This document shows, piece by piece, positions 41,288 to 55,761 of a stretch of DNA of 64,000 nt; within the stretch, counting starts at the first letter, position 1; each line of letters opens with the position of its first letter. The stretch comes from Balanoglossus misakiensis (lineage: Eukaryota; Animalia; Hemichordata). The stretch spans positions 7,958,059 to 8,022,058 of the forward strand of contig CM082581.2 of assembly GCA_040954595.2 (NCBI GenBank), in the 5' to 3' direction. Made by a program: the position numbers and the translations under genes. The notes beneath the pieces are model-generated. The model did not search any database and was not told the origin of the DNA. It saw only the letters and a program-made list of their open reading frames with translations.

Positions 41288-43896
41288 ATGCCGGAAAACA
41301 AAGGACGAAAGCGCGCTGCGACTTCGACGGAGCCGAGTGTGCCGGACTCCGTCAAACGCCTGTCAAAAGTCCGACTTCCACCACCTGCCGTGCCCAACAA
41401 ACCGCTGACTCCGTTCTCGATACGGGACATCCTAAATTCCAAGTCCAGTCGACAGAATCACCGCAGGGCGCAGCGAGAGCTGCCTTCGCCCGCCGACGGC
41501 CTCGCTCGGTTGCCGAATCGGAGCGTTCGTGAAGAAACCACGAGCGGGAGTTCCAGTTCAGGCGCACGGAATGGCGGTCACAATCCTCTAAATGCCCTGG
41601 AAGAACTTACTCAAGAAACGTTCAAGGGACTCGAGGAGAATATTATAAAGACCGCCGAAGGTATGATATTAAGACCATCATAACAGACTGGACAAAGCAG
41701 TGACACAGCACTGGCAAATGCCAACTTTATTTTTAAAAAAAACGTGCCCTTATGGAAGCCACCCACATATAATTGCGTGTTATAACTGAGCTATATTGTG
41801 GCGACAATCTCAGAACACTGTTGTTTATATATAGAAACTGAATATCGACCATACCCAATTTGTAATAGCCGTGGTGGAAACGGCGTGAAATTGGTTCTAT
41901 GTACGAGTAATCAGTGTTTGTTTTATCCAACGGGATAAAAGAGTTTGAACTTACTAACGACAATTACGTTACCATCACAGTAACTAGATATTGTCCAATC
42001 AGAGACCTAATTATCCTTTCAAGGGATTTGAGAATTGCCTTTTGAGCACGGCGCTCCCCGCAAAAAATACGCTCCGAGCGAACATATTTTCTTTGTCGTT
42101 AAAAGTTGGCTTGTTACAGCGACAACGGGAGACGGTTCTGACCGTGGGAGAATTCTGCAAGGAATCCCCTGTATCACAACACGGCTTGTCATGTACACGG
42201 AACGAGAATTTGCCGTAAATTCAAAGCGTGGCTATGACTATGAGAGGAGGGCAGACTCCGTTACCCGTCACCATGATGGGCCTGTCACGCTGACAGCTTG
42301 CTAAGTACGTGCGGTAGAAGGATGGCGCGCGGTAGACGAGTTTATTCAGGCGAATAGTGGCGGTCGGGTGTCAGAAAAACAAAATAACAAACCGCGGTGC
42401 CGTGAGTAATGCGGAAATTCAAATCTAGCATCCTGTTCTGTGACATTCGACGGCTAACGCCCGAGGATGATGCACATGATTTTAAACCTCAATACCGCTC
42501 ACAAGAATCCCCTATTGACTTCAATTTTGAATCGAGTCTCTTTGTTTTATACCACAGCGGCGTTTTAATGAAAGATCATATGTTTTAATTTAATTTATAA
42601 CCTTCGATTCCCCCACAAAGTCACATACACGAATTGTGAAGCGGGTCAGTTTTCAGAAGGGTGTCCCGTTCCATAGGATTAGCACGTACCACCCAAGTGA
42701 GAACACTCACCATAGTAAGACCGACTGACCAACATGACTGTGTTCTTGACCGGTGGTAGAAACAAAGTTCACCCGTTGACGCAGGTGAACCATCAGCGGT
42801 ACAGCAGCTAGTAAATATTGTGGTAAAGCGACAAAATATTGTCAGGTCGGATAATAATGTACCCTTAACCCATGCATGAAAATTTACTCAAAATTTCTCT
42901 GAAGTGTACCGTGACGTACACGAAGTTTCGGATTTCTCATTTTGATTTTGGAGCTTTGGGATCCTGATGTCGGAAGGAAACATTCCAGACTAATCACATC
43001 TCAGAATAGTAAGACTATTAGCCAGAATATAGAATTTTCATTCCAATATTAGAGTCCAGGCGTGGAAAATTCTACGCTTAATCAGTTGTATGCAATACCC
43101 CTCTATAGCCGACCATAACATGATTCTCAAACTTTCCCTTTGTCTACCGCAGAACGTCACATGGAAAATTTAACTGGATTTCTGGAACTTTGCTGTTATC
43201 GTTAACTAGAGAGGCGAATAGATCATGTTCTGCCTGACAGGGATGTAGTCAATATGTGCATTATGGCATTGAAAAATTAATGTCATTTTGGGTTCCCGAT
43301 GCCAACCAAGTACGCGCATTCACATTCTTGACACCTCAGCTCGGCATCATAATTGAGTCAATATGCTCTAAGCTCAGACGACTTACTCGACACGGCTGAA
43401 GTGCTGCATGAAAAATTCCGAGAGTTGCAGAGAGCACTCTCTGCTATTTTGGCCTTAAGTTGAGCCTCCCGCCCCATACTGAATAACCAGTCTGGTATGT
43501 TTCCCTCCCTTCTCAGCAGCAGCGAACGACGGGAAGCGGAGCCATCTCGGTTTATTCAGCCAACGGCAACCTCCGCGAAGAAAGAGAAAGTCACGAACGG
43601 CCTTCTCCAACCACCAGCTCTTCGAACTCGAGAGGCGATTCCTGTACCAGAAATACCTCTCCCCCGGGGACAGGGATGAGATCGCCTCCAGCCTGGGCCT
43701 GACCAGCTCGCAGGTCATAACCTGGTTTCAAAACAGGAGAGCTAAACTCAAACGGGACATCGAGGAGATGAAGAACGACCTGTCCGCCGCTGAGAAACTC
43801 GCGCCCCACCAATCGCTGGTGGACATCGAAGGGGACGACGATTCGGGCGCGAACAGAAGCGACTCCGCGGACGATACAGTAGATGAGGACCTTTAA
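41288..43896 (+). CDS. Lbx: Ladybird/Lbx NK-class homeobox transcription factor (2 exons, ~250 aa)
   Basis: Exon 1 41288-41660 has LPPPAVPNKPLTPFSIRDIL (eh1 motif) and the Lbx-specific PLNALEELTQETFKGLE box; phase-1 intron; exon 2 43517-43896 has homeodomain RKRKSRTAFSNHQLFELERRFLYQKYLSPGDRDEIASSLGLTSSQVITWFQNRRAKLKR followed by DIEEMKND and an acidic tail. Confidence 0.97.
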
Positions 43897-45019
43897 TGGC
43901 TGACTGTTCGTTGGAGAAACGCCTGGTTGCTGGTTGTTTCTGTATTAGTCTCGGACAGCGCGGACGGAAAAGTGAGTGATTTGATATACTTGGTTATATG
44001 TCTGGGACGGTACAATAAAACTGAATATACGGTAACTGCCAGAGACCGGTATACATCCTCCACACTTTGTTAAAAAAATATTCAATGGAAGGACCTGTTT
44101 GGAGAGACACGAACTGTCTGGTCAATTGATATCAACGTAACGTTTTCTTCGGTTTGCGACCTCGGGTTACCGCGCTGCGAAGGTAAAACCTCAACATTTC
44201 ATTCGCTTTGGTCTTGGGTCTGCCAGTTGAAACCGAGTGATAATTTTCGCGTGGATTGACATTTTAAATTTATGTTGAAGTCGAAACCGAATTTTCCACA
44301 CTTGTACATACAATTTTTCATACACCTTTAATGTTATCTTTGAAACTATAAAATTAAAGAGTTTGTTATTTCAGCAAGCTACCCGCAGTCCACTATTTTT
44401 TGTGTGTGCAATGAGTAAGGGTGACGTGTGCCAGTCAAAAAACTCTGACGTTGAATGGTTGCGACGTTCTACTCCCTGTCATCCGACGTGATGCAAGCTT
44501 TTATCTTATTTTCCTAAATTTCCTGTCGGAATATTCCAGGTCATTTCCGTGACATATCAGTGGGTTTGGACTAAAAATCTAGTTCAGAAGTTCACAACAT
44601 CCAATACCTGCTAAGAGGTTCGTAACATCTAATATCTTGCTGTACAACTTCCCCCGAGACTGACTGTAAGACTGAAAAACCCCAGCAACACACCGATCCG
44701 CCATACTTTGACAGGCGCTGACGCCCGATGGCATATGTCACTGGGTATTTTTATGACGTCTAATTTATGGTTCGGTCCAGTTGATCTTCTTAAAGATGTT
44801 AAAGAAATTTTCTCCGACAGTTTATCCGGTCTGATGATTAATCACCGCGCTATTTTCACTCAATCACATCATCTCGTACAGAGTGACAAATGTAAGGTCG
44901 AACGCCACCATGTCCGACATACTGTCATCCAAAACACCCAATGTTTCTCTCTTAGGAAATGTACAGGATTCATTTGCCAAAATTTTCATTTGTTATGATT
45001 CAGTGTCATTATTAAATAG

Positions 45020-45106
<87 letters not shown>
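45020..45106. repeat. (GAT)n microsatellite
   Basis: Direct reading; explains the poly-D ORF. Confidence 0.96.
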
Positions 45107-48100
45107 GTAACTAATATGTAGTGTCGATGTAACTAAGTGTCATAACTGCCTTATTGATTTTTGTTTGTTGGTCGTTTATAAAAATTTAATATAATGTGAC
45201 TGTTTTAAACGCGCGAACTGTAACCTTATCACAGTTGTCCCGTCGTTTAATTTTACAATACCGCGTTGATATGACGCCCAACTGTAGCGACAAGTGTTCG
45301 GTAGAACCACGAGTCATTCAACTTTTTGCAACCGCTTTGGCGTGTTTTGTCGTCTGCTCAGACGGAGGGGGCACTTTAACTTTATGCAGAAACATTTAAC
45401 CATCATGAAAAGTGTCTATTCTATATACATGTAGATGTACAGAAATACACGAACATCATCTGTCCTAAGACAAAAAGCTCAAGGCAGAAATTAAATGTTT
45501 GAAAGTACATAGTACTGGACCATAAGTGGGAATGATGTCGGACACACACCATATGGATAAACGGTCTCTGAAAACATCAACACATTCCCGGGAATTTACC
45601 AATTTGGGAACGTATGCAAGTCTTTGGAAAAATATTCGAGTTTATGTGACTGCGCTGATATAACAGCTCGGCGTGCCATACCTTCATGATGGATATCTTT
45701 CAGCGGAAAGAAATAAGTCCGGGACGAGAAATGAAAAAAAACAGAAGATCAATATCTCGAAGAATCTGTGAGCAACGGCGTCACTCCATCATTAGTGTTA
45801 AGGAAAGTAGGCCTTATGACGTTGAGTCAACGGATTTAGGCAACTCTCAAAAAGAATTTGAAAATTTGGCACCTCCGGTAAACGAGTAACAATCGTGTGA
45901 AACACGGACTTTCTTTAAGTAAGCATCTTGAAATATTTCAAACACATCAGTTGCCACCATCTTTACACTCAGCTCAGAATGTATTTTGGTCACGTGGTCA
46001 GTACACCTGTGGATGCGCTAGTATGGCGAAAACATATCGTGATGCCTTTCAAAAAACTCGTATTAATTGACATGGAAGCGTGAAATAATGTCAGGATAGG
46101 CGTGCATGCAAAACACACACTAAATTAATGTGTGTGAAAGACGTCCTTTAGCACGTTTAAATTGCCCTTACGCGGTAATGTTTCATAAACATTTCAGACA
46201 GCCAGACTTTGAGCTGCGATTCTGGTTTGACTGTTTGGTTTGTTGGTGTTCGCATCGCCCTCTCTACAAACACATCATAAATAAACCGAGAAACGTTCGA
46301 CGAGTGCTGATGTCAGGGAATGTTGCTCTCGAGAAAAAATATTGCGCTGTCGTGCGCCGGGTGTAGACGTATACGGTAGTGATGACTGTTAACAAGTTCA
46401 CGATTGGGAGTTGTCCAAACAAGAGTGATTTTCTTTCCTTGGCCGCCGTCTCTCTTTAGTCAGCGCCTGACAGCTGACCCGTTCACGCGGATAACTAGCG
46501 TTTAGGATGGCCTCTTCAGGAATTCTTATTTACGGGTGCAGCAGGGGCAGGCCGTGCAAAGTTGACAAGAACCGAGACGTGATGAGAGCCAGCGCGGAAG
46601 AGGGTGGAGGACTGTCCGGCTCATCCACCACCACCACCACCACCGCGGATAGGCTTGTTACTCATTAGCGCGATGTCAGTTCTCCTGTGACAATATCTCA
46701 TTCGCCTACGTACATGTGATAACAGGCCCTGACAAGGAACCCAGCAGATGCACTGCTGAACTTTCACCCCAGAAGTATTCTCTCCATGAATCAAGCGTGC
46801 CATGTACCGACCGGTTGTAAATTTCCCCCCTCAATCATTGCCTTATTAATCGTTGCTTTCTGCTGCGGAGTTCGCTTCCCACAAAAAAGTATGGTTCTAA
46901 TTAGTCGTTGTAAAAACATCCGCTCGTTTGTCTTTCTATGGAACTTTTTTCTCCTCACTTTTAATACTCAAAACTATAGCCGTGCTGCTGATGCTTTGGT
47001 GCTCGGTTCAAATTAGGGCAAAACGAAACCGTCTCTCGCCATACCAGAGAAAGCAATATGTGAGCTATTCATATTTGGCACAGCGGGACTCGATCAACAC
47101 ACGCAGCAGTTGCTCCACCGACTGAAGAAGCTGTCACAAGCAATCAGATTGAACCCCGCTGAAAAGGTTCCAATATCAGCCGTCCTGTCCACTTCGCTCC
47201 GAGGGTCTTTAGTACAAAAACCACGCGTGGAATTCGACTCAACCGAGGCCCAGCATTTTCCTTTTAATTTTTTTTTTCGCTGCTAATATTTTTTTTTTTG
47301 CACAGACTGGAAGTTACCGCCCGGTGAAAAATTGATTTGACAGGCTAATGTCTTCACATTGTCTGTGGAAACATCTAAACAAAGATTAACTGTGCGCAGT
47401 TTCGATTTTACGCCCTATATTTGTTTAACAGCACTAGACGTGTAATTCGCCTGAAAACTACACAATATCATGCACCCAGGCTTATCAAGTAAGGTAATTT
47501 TGAATAATAGTATATCCCAACTGACATATGATAGAAGGAGTTTCATGTTTGACATGAACAACATATAATAACTATAATACCTGTATATTTTGAGGCAACA
47601 ATTTGCGAAACGTCTATAAGATTAATTTCCGAAATACTGTGACTCGATCGCCTAAAATGTCAAATGCCACCGTTTCCTCAAATTGGCGGAGTCATTGAGT
47701 CATTAAACGTACAGTTATTTGGATAGGAGGAGCACTTTATTTTTCAAACAGTTAAATTCGGCGACGCCTACATCAGGTCGAAGCAATACTTTTTATTTTG
47801 TACTGCCAATCATACCTCGTTTAGACAGCAACGTGACATAGGCATTTTGTTGTCAGCATGTAACTGCCCGAACAAGTCGAAGTCGCCGATAAAATTGGCA
47901 TCTGCAGAAACGAAGAAATGAAATGTGTGTACATAGGTCTCCGTAATCTGCCAGAATTAGGAGGAAAGGTTACTTCGCCCATTACGTCCTACCATGTGTT
48001 CGCTGCTGTGACCCCGCTGTGGCAGGACTTGTCAACTTCAACGCAGAACGAGACAATTAGAAATGACCCGAGCATGGGAAACGCGTTGACGATCTGACGG

Positions 48101-51100
48101 CTCGCATGTGGAAAGTTGAGTCATTAAGCGCCAGTTTGTTTGACTCGTTGAGTTGGTCTGGACCGGACCGGACCGCCCTGCGGGGTTTCCGGTTTAAATT
48201 TAGCTACAGAGCAGCAAACGATACTACCTGTCTGTCGGCCATTAACCACTTGAATTGTGATATTCTGTGTTGCTGTCTTCTGTTCTGCTCTGTCATGACC
48301 TGTTCTGTTTCTCCTCATCCACACATAACGTACGCCACTCATCCCAATGTGTCCTTGTGTTGGAAATAACGATATATTATTATAAGTTAGAACTTTCATT
48401 TATCACGTGCATTATACGAATTCTTGACACACACATTGACTAATTTCGACGAAGCAAATTCATTTCAGCTTGAAACTTGCTTTTTTGTTTCATCCATACA
48501 TGATAGGTAGCACCTGCTTTGAAGCTTTCCTGACCAAGACCACAAACGGTGTTGGCAAGTTGGGGCTACAACCGTTCCATGCGACAGTCATCACCGCACT
48601 AACCTCATATATACATGTACATTGACACTGTAACATCCATCTGCTTAAAAGTTTGCGGGAATAAAGCGTTTAATGTAGAAAACATCTCGGTGGTAGTTCT
48701 TTCGGCAATAAGGGAACTCAGGTTGTATGCTTATTAAGTAAAGTGGAATTTGACAATCGGAAATCCGATTTACGACTTATAAATCCAAACTGTGCTTTCT
48801 GCTCTCGACAGATTCCCAGCTGGTAACACATGCACTCCGTCTCGAGATCCCTTTTCATCTAACCCTTAGCGTCTCTTTATGGCATGATATATCCCCATTT
48901 CAAGGAGAGGTCACCGGCCATAAATAACGCATATAATGACGCTAATTCGAAACATACTGCTGTCAATGAGCGGACTGCACCAATAAAATACATTTTCAAG
49001 ATGTGCTGAGAGTGAAGCACGTCTGCCGCTGATACCAGAGTGCAGAGTTATAGCGGAGGCGCACATTTTAAGATTCTGTTAATTCCATACGCGCTGTATA
49101 TTTCGGCCGATCCGCGATAAAAAAAAATAGAGCGGGCCTTTGTCGGGGCTGCCGTGTCCATTTCTGCCATGTGTTCGCGAAATGAACACTGAATACGGAA
49201 GTCATTGAGTGCACGCTATTAGGAGATAACTAAGTGAATTTCCAGGTCTTGCAGAACTGTTAATTTCGGCTGTAACGACTGTACATGTATATATACTCAC
49301 GTCAGAGAGTGCCCGTGAGTGCATCTACGCGGAGGAGATCATGTTTAGTGATCATCAATAAAGAGACTGCAGCTGACATACATATACATTGATACTTACG
49401 CCATCTTAACTTTAATTCTATGTTTAATAGTATATCATTCACACTTAATATATAGCCTGCACTTACGTCGCGTGTGTTTATTTTAAATCACAAACGACGA
49501 GTAAATCAAGTTAGCTGAGAGATGTGTACGTCAGCAGTATTTGAACATTGGCACGTCGTGCTGTATGCTGTATTTGGAACACGAGATGGGAGTGTTTAAT
49601 TATTATTTTGCTCGTCCAGTAAACTACCCATTGTTATTGTGCATCTTCATAATGCCTGCAAAAGCAATTGCCTCTGTTTGTATCGCCACACATAAACATG
49701 TACCGCTTTTATTGACTTTCAACGTTCGCATAGACGGGATCAAAGATATCAGAGTGTTATCTTTTGATGGATAATGTTTGGGTTTTTAATTTTCATTTTA
49801 CAGATTTTTAATATATCCGGTGATGGTTGATTGTGGATAAACATGGTGATAGGGATAATGAGTTTGGTAATATAGTTGCTGGTGCTTGCAGCCCATGTGG
49901 TGTACATACATCGACACAGTGTTCCCAGCGCCTGCTATTTGTTTGCCAAATTCGATATCATAGCGTATCATCAAACATAAGGTGTGGGCCGCCAAAACGT
50001 CATGCACCGTGAGTGCAATCATGTGCGCGGAAACCAGGTGTCACCCTGACTTGGACACAGCTCAACGAAACGCTCCAAACTTGAGGTTGGGAGCTCAAGA
50101 CGTTTTCTGCACTGCGCTAACGAGGAAGGGAATACACAGGAATTCCGACGAACGAGATGGAAGTCGATTCTTGAGTTTATTGCATTTTAGGTAATACGTG
50201 TGGACTTCGGAAATGCGGGATTCTCAAATCGGTAGGTAAAAAAAACATGGTACAGAACGATATAGTGGGTCTCTATTGGTCGTCACTAGTTTGTCAAATC
50301 ATCCTCATCATCATCCTCATCATTGCTTGTCCAGTGGCATACTAACTATTCTGAACAAAAATTCTAGGCGAACATCTAACGGGCTAGCAGCATACACACA
50401 CACAACAATACTTACTGACGATTTACGCGACGGATGATGCGCGTGAATCTAATATACGATGAATAATGTTAAAATATCAGGAAGAGTTTAGAGGTTACAT
50501 CAACACCGATATATCTTTCGTTGGGATCTTTTTTATCACATGTTGGATCGATTTAAAAGTCACCGAGTCACGGGAAACCCGTCGCAGAACAGGAAAATAT
50601 TGAAGGGTTGGCCTTTCAAAAAAATATTTTGTGGTCGTTACGTGACTAAACGCATTAGCCAAAAGTACGGTGACTTCAACTTTGCGGACCCTTTTAATTC
50701 ATTTGCCTACGTTTATGATGGTTGAATGAAACTCTGATGGCTGGTGATTAATGTTTGTGTCAAAATCTACTATTTATCATCTGGTAATTTTGCCATGGTT
50801 GATTGGTCACACATGGTCGCAGCTGTTCGCGAACAAGTACCAATAAAACACCGTCTTGGGGACATACTTCGGCGTTGAAAGCGAAAATCAGTTTTCGCTC
50901 TGACACCGAGGTTAAGTTGGCGTTGCCGTCTTTGGTCTCCGCTGATGTCAGATCGATTTTGTGTGATTTGCCTGCGTTGTTTATAGATACCATTTCAGGC
51001 TGAAAGATATCGCGTTGGTCCTTCTTATCGACGTAATCAGATAGTCCCCGTCTAACTCGAAGGAAAGTGGTATCGATACAGCTGACCACAAGCCATGAAT

Positions 51101-51507
51101 CGGGCGTTGTGTCACAGAAAACATAATTCCGTATCTTCGACCGCGTCGCATATGTATTCGTAAGCCTTCCTAAAATCATAGTTGCGAATGAGTCAAAGCC
51201 AAAAAAAAAGAAAAAGATTCGTTCCTACACCACCAAGCTCATGGTGAAATGGTTAAGCGCCCTCTCTGGTAAGAACGGTGTATTCTTAAATCAATTTGAC
51301 ATGCTTACAATGTATGTAACCTTCTACACATCTATACCATCCATCCACCCATCCATCCATCCATCCATCCAGTAAGTAAGTCAGTCAGTCAGTCTGTCGG
51401 TCAGTCAATCAGTCCGTAAGTCAGTCAAACGATCGACCAAATACACTTGCCATTCTAAAATATCGTGCAGAATTGGCAAATTGTCCTTTTAAGGCGACCA
51501 GAACACC

Positions 51508-52215
51508 TGTTACGTAGGAGAAGTTTGCTGTTGTTTTGTGACCTAGGTGTGTTTTCGCTTACTTTCGTAATTTGAATATTTGCGTGACCAGGTGTGGTGC
51601 ATTCATTATTTTCCCCATATAAAAAGCCCGCACGTCGTGTTGCGGCGTAGCTACTAATTTGGACTTGCCCGTGTGAGCTGTTCTGTTCCTCGCCGGCTTG
51701 GAAGCTGTGCCTTGTTTCCTGATACACTGGTCTGGAAACAGCGCCCAGAAGCTGTGCTGTATTTCATGCTGTCCTGGTCTGGAAACCGCGCCCAGAAGTC
51801 GTGCTACCTCATGGGGGAATTCGTCTGAAAGCCGTGCCGTCTACCGGGGAATTGTGCCAGAACGCTACTCGGACTGAACGTCACTGTTGGGACTGCCGTG
51901 GTGCTGGTCGCGTTCGTCGTGCTCTACAGAACCGCGGACTTTATTCTTTCATTTCCCACACCTGGTCACGTTTAAGGTAGTCATTTATTTTACTGTTTTT
52001 TCCTCAGTGTACAGTCATTTTATATTTACTAATGTTTAGTTGTAGTAATTAAAAGTTTCCATAAGCAAGGAAATAACGTGTGGTGTGCCTATTGTTGACC
52101 GTCTTTAAATTTGTTGCGTGCTGCGCTGGTTGGTTCACCCACCAAAGCGAGCCATTCAGTAAGTCTATTTGCTCACTGCCCTGTTTCGGAACTGAACGGC
52201 CAGCGTGCCGTAACA
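51508..52215 (+). mobile_element. Solo LTR of an LTR retrotransposon (Ty3/Gypsy-like)
   Basis: Begins TGTTACG (51508) and ends CGTAACA (52215), a perfect 7-bp inverted pair, flanked by the 4-bp direct repeat CACC (51504-51507; 52216-52219). Internal TATAAAAA (~51618), tandem ~32-bp repeats CTGGTCTGGAAAC..GCCCAGAAG (~51727, ~51774) and ATTAAA (~52048). Confidence 0.8.
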
Positions 52216-55200
52216 CACCTCTAACAACAGCAACCGGAACATCTGACCGATCGATTAGCCGAAGTTCAGGAGTTCGTTGCGGCGTCCTTGTCAATTTTCT
52301 GTGGCGAGGAGACTAACGGTATCGCGTCACCGATAATTGGCTACTTCGTTCATTACAAAGACCTCGTTTATGTTATTTGTTCGAACGCCTAACTATGTGA
52401 CAGGTCCAGGCTGTTCCAAACGATCACCACACCCCGTCGTATTAACAGCTCAGATATTTACACGTCTCAGGCTGTTTCGGCCACACAGAGAACCATATTC
52501 TGCCAAACCATAACAGTACATATCACATGTAGCAATGACATGCGTTCAAACGCCACCCAGGTGGCTAAACTACCAACCATTCTGCATGTCCACATAACCT
52601 GTATAAGTGTAACGACCACTGTTGTTGACGAATGAAATCTGGTCCGGATTTGAATAAAATGTTCGACAATATTAACACCGATTGTACACATTGGATGTGC
52701 TGCTAAGCTAGATACTAGTATGCTTGGCTATGATAAAGGGCGCCGCCTTGTGGTACGTGTGGTACGTTCTATCACGGTATTAAATGAGCGAATCGATAGC
52801 AAGGAAAGTCCAGCGCCACCAATACATAAACATGTGTATTCTTTCGTTATAGTTACCTAAATAAATAACAACGTAAGTTGTTCAATCAGATTGTCCGGCG
52901 AGGGCGGTAGTCAGATCATCGTGCAAGACATCCAATGGAGTTTAGCGCATTCCGAGAGACCGCACACCACTTAGGTGATCGCCGAATCATCTAGTCTGTA
53001 CAACGCGTCCTTTTTTTCAGCATGAGAAATTAAAATGACAACATTCCTTAAATAGAATGCCATAGATTATTAGTGCAATTAGCGTTGCAAATGCGGCATT
53101 CTTGTCGTAAATATGTCTTCAACCCGATAAAATCGTGTACGCAAACAGCACGGAAACTTTGACACAGAAACCTTACTAAGATCTCCGGAGAATGCAGTAA
53201 CTGAATTCTAGAACGGTAAATAACGCTTCTCAAATGTATATATTCTGAAATTTCATAATTTAAAATCGAGAATATTTAATGTGGCTGCAGGTTATACAGA
53301 GACATATATTCACCAAATATTCATTGATTGGCAAAAGAAATGACACATCTACATGTATGAACTTTCACCCAATGACGCGTCATATAAGTTCAATGATTGA
53401 AATATTTTGTTTCATTATTTCAGAAAACCTTAAAGTGTAGAAAATAACTGAATAAGACAGAATTGATGATTACATATGCCTGGAATTTTTAGAGTGATCA
53501 CAGAAGGGAAAATTTTAAGATTTTTTTTACTAATTTATCTGCGTATTATCAGGGGTTCTGCCTTAGCGATGGAAAATCAGCTTGGAAAAAGATCTGTCCT
53601 CGTGAAACTGTCGACGTTTCGAAGAAAGAGAAAAAATGTCGAGTCCTTTACACTTCTACGCGCCATATTTTAGATTCTGAACGAGTAGACAAACGTGACA
53701 AGTTGTTTGATACTTTGACGACGTTGTAAATCGCTTCGTTGTCCATAGCACTGAAATAAATATGGGGGCGATAGCCACTCTTCGTAATGGTAAGAGATGA
53801 ACGTTCGATATCTTGTTTTCACTTCAAATCTTTACCGACTACTACCGACTGTTCTTGTTTCTTTTCATTTTTGACTTTTACCTAACATACCGAATGGTGA
53901 ATATTCGAGAGAGATTTTCGGGAGTGGAACATAGTAGAACTAAACATTAACAGATGTTTACTGCTTTTGTGTGAATGTGGATGTAGATAAGAAAGCATTA
54001 CTGCTCACTGCAGATCTGACTGTCTGTTTGTCTGTCTGTCTTCGCGCGCGAGTGTCTATGTACATGTATATGTGTGTGTGTCAGTATGTGTACCTGTGTT
54101 TGGGTTTAAAGCATCAACTCTCTGGTTACCATCAATTTTTCTCGTCACATTTAAAGGAGACCTGTCAAATAAATCTACATTTATTATCACGACGTAGCGC
54201 ATTTTAGATTGTTAATTTTTAAATACTGCCCAGTGGGTCTATTAAAACATATACTATGTTCCCAGTCTGCGCGACTTGTCAGCAATTTTGCACGTTATTC
54301 TCTTTCTTTTTTGGCACTTAGTCTTTCTCGGTTTTGTAATCAAGGGATGGGGGAACGCATACGTACATTAGACAGCGAAATAAGAAACGCATTGTATAAC
54401 TGCTGCTTTTACGCCAACTGATGCCCTATGATTGCAGACACTTGAGACGTGAAATATCGAGAAGCTGACAGGGGCTCTGATCGAGACTGCCTGCGCTTCC
54501 CTCCCCAAAAAGTTGGGCGCGCCCAGGGCCGGTTTTCCCACGCTTTGAGGCTCTCTGTTTCCCATTGTCGTCCATTCCCAGAGTCGACTTCGCGATAAAG
54601 GAAGGGGATTTATCATTATGTGACGTCTTTTCAATGACCGTACTTCAGACCCTAAGCACTGTTCTTGTAAAATGCACTGATAAAAAGAAATAGGCGAAGG
54701 CTGGGGCTAGGAATTGCTATGGGGCTGACTGGAGCGCCCAAAGTGGTGGCGAAGATAAGACGATAGCACACTACAAATGCATTAATTGTATTGCATTGAA
54801 TAACGTTGTGGGAGAAGTCTGTGTTTACTCACTGTAAGTTGCTGCTATCGTCGAACAAAAAAGCAAATTTTTTTTGTCAAGGATTCGCGTCTTTTACTGA
54901 CTGTTCTCTGTTGTGTTTTGCTGGAAGCAAATGACGTTTCTATATTGCATAGTATCACAGTCCCTATCGATATTTTATTTTACGAGAAAACGATTTCCGT
55001 CGCGAAATTGTATGCCAGAATTCTGAAATTCTATGCTAAAACTAGTTTTAAAGACCCGAATTTTGATATTGACAATAGCGACGAGATATTGCAAAAAAGA
55101 ACAGAGAATTAACTTTCGATAAAGAAGTGATGTGTTGACCCATTTTTTATTAATATTACCACGATGAGATAATCGCATAGCGAAATAGAAACGTAATTAT

Positions 55201-55704
55201 CACATAATTTATTAAGCGCGTGTCGTTTTTTGTTTTGTTTAGAATTTTGGGTATGGTTTTAAAGGGAGTGGTGTAATTGGGGCCACGAGAGGGCGTGGGA
55301 GCAGTTTGCAAAAGTCAGATATCGATATTGGAGATTAAAAAGTACGAAAGTAGACAGTTGGCAGAGAAAATGGCATATTAGTGCTGCGCTTCGACTGAAA
55401 AGTAAACCATAGTATCTCTATTATTTCGAAAGCTTTGAATTTCGTCAGTCATGGTGTACGTCTGGTGCTTCGCACAATATAATACGTCGGTGCCATGTGA
55501 CAAGACCAAGTCTATGACAGAGTCAGGAACATTGAATGACTGATGGTACCATTATTAACTGAAGTGTTTCGCTTAGTGGTGTCCAGGTTGACTGATGGAA
55601 TGAATCAAAGATACAGTTTGAGTTGAAAAATGAAACGGGCGTCTTTTTTCTATTCAAGTTAAACATCTATATGCACTCCTCCGTGCATACGGTGAATGTA
55701 TCCT

Positions 55705-55705
55705 C

Positions 55706-55761
<56 letters not shown>
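55705..55761. repeat. (CAGA)n microsatellite
   Basis: Direct reading. Confidence 0.95.

Noticed and set aside
50760-51179. 139-aa minus-strand ORF
   Set aside because: No recognisable domain or supporting splice structure; consistent with chance.
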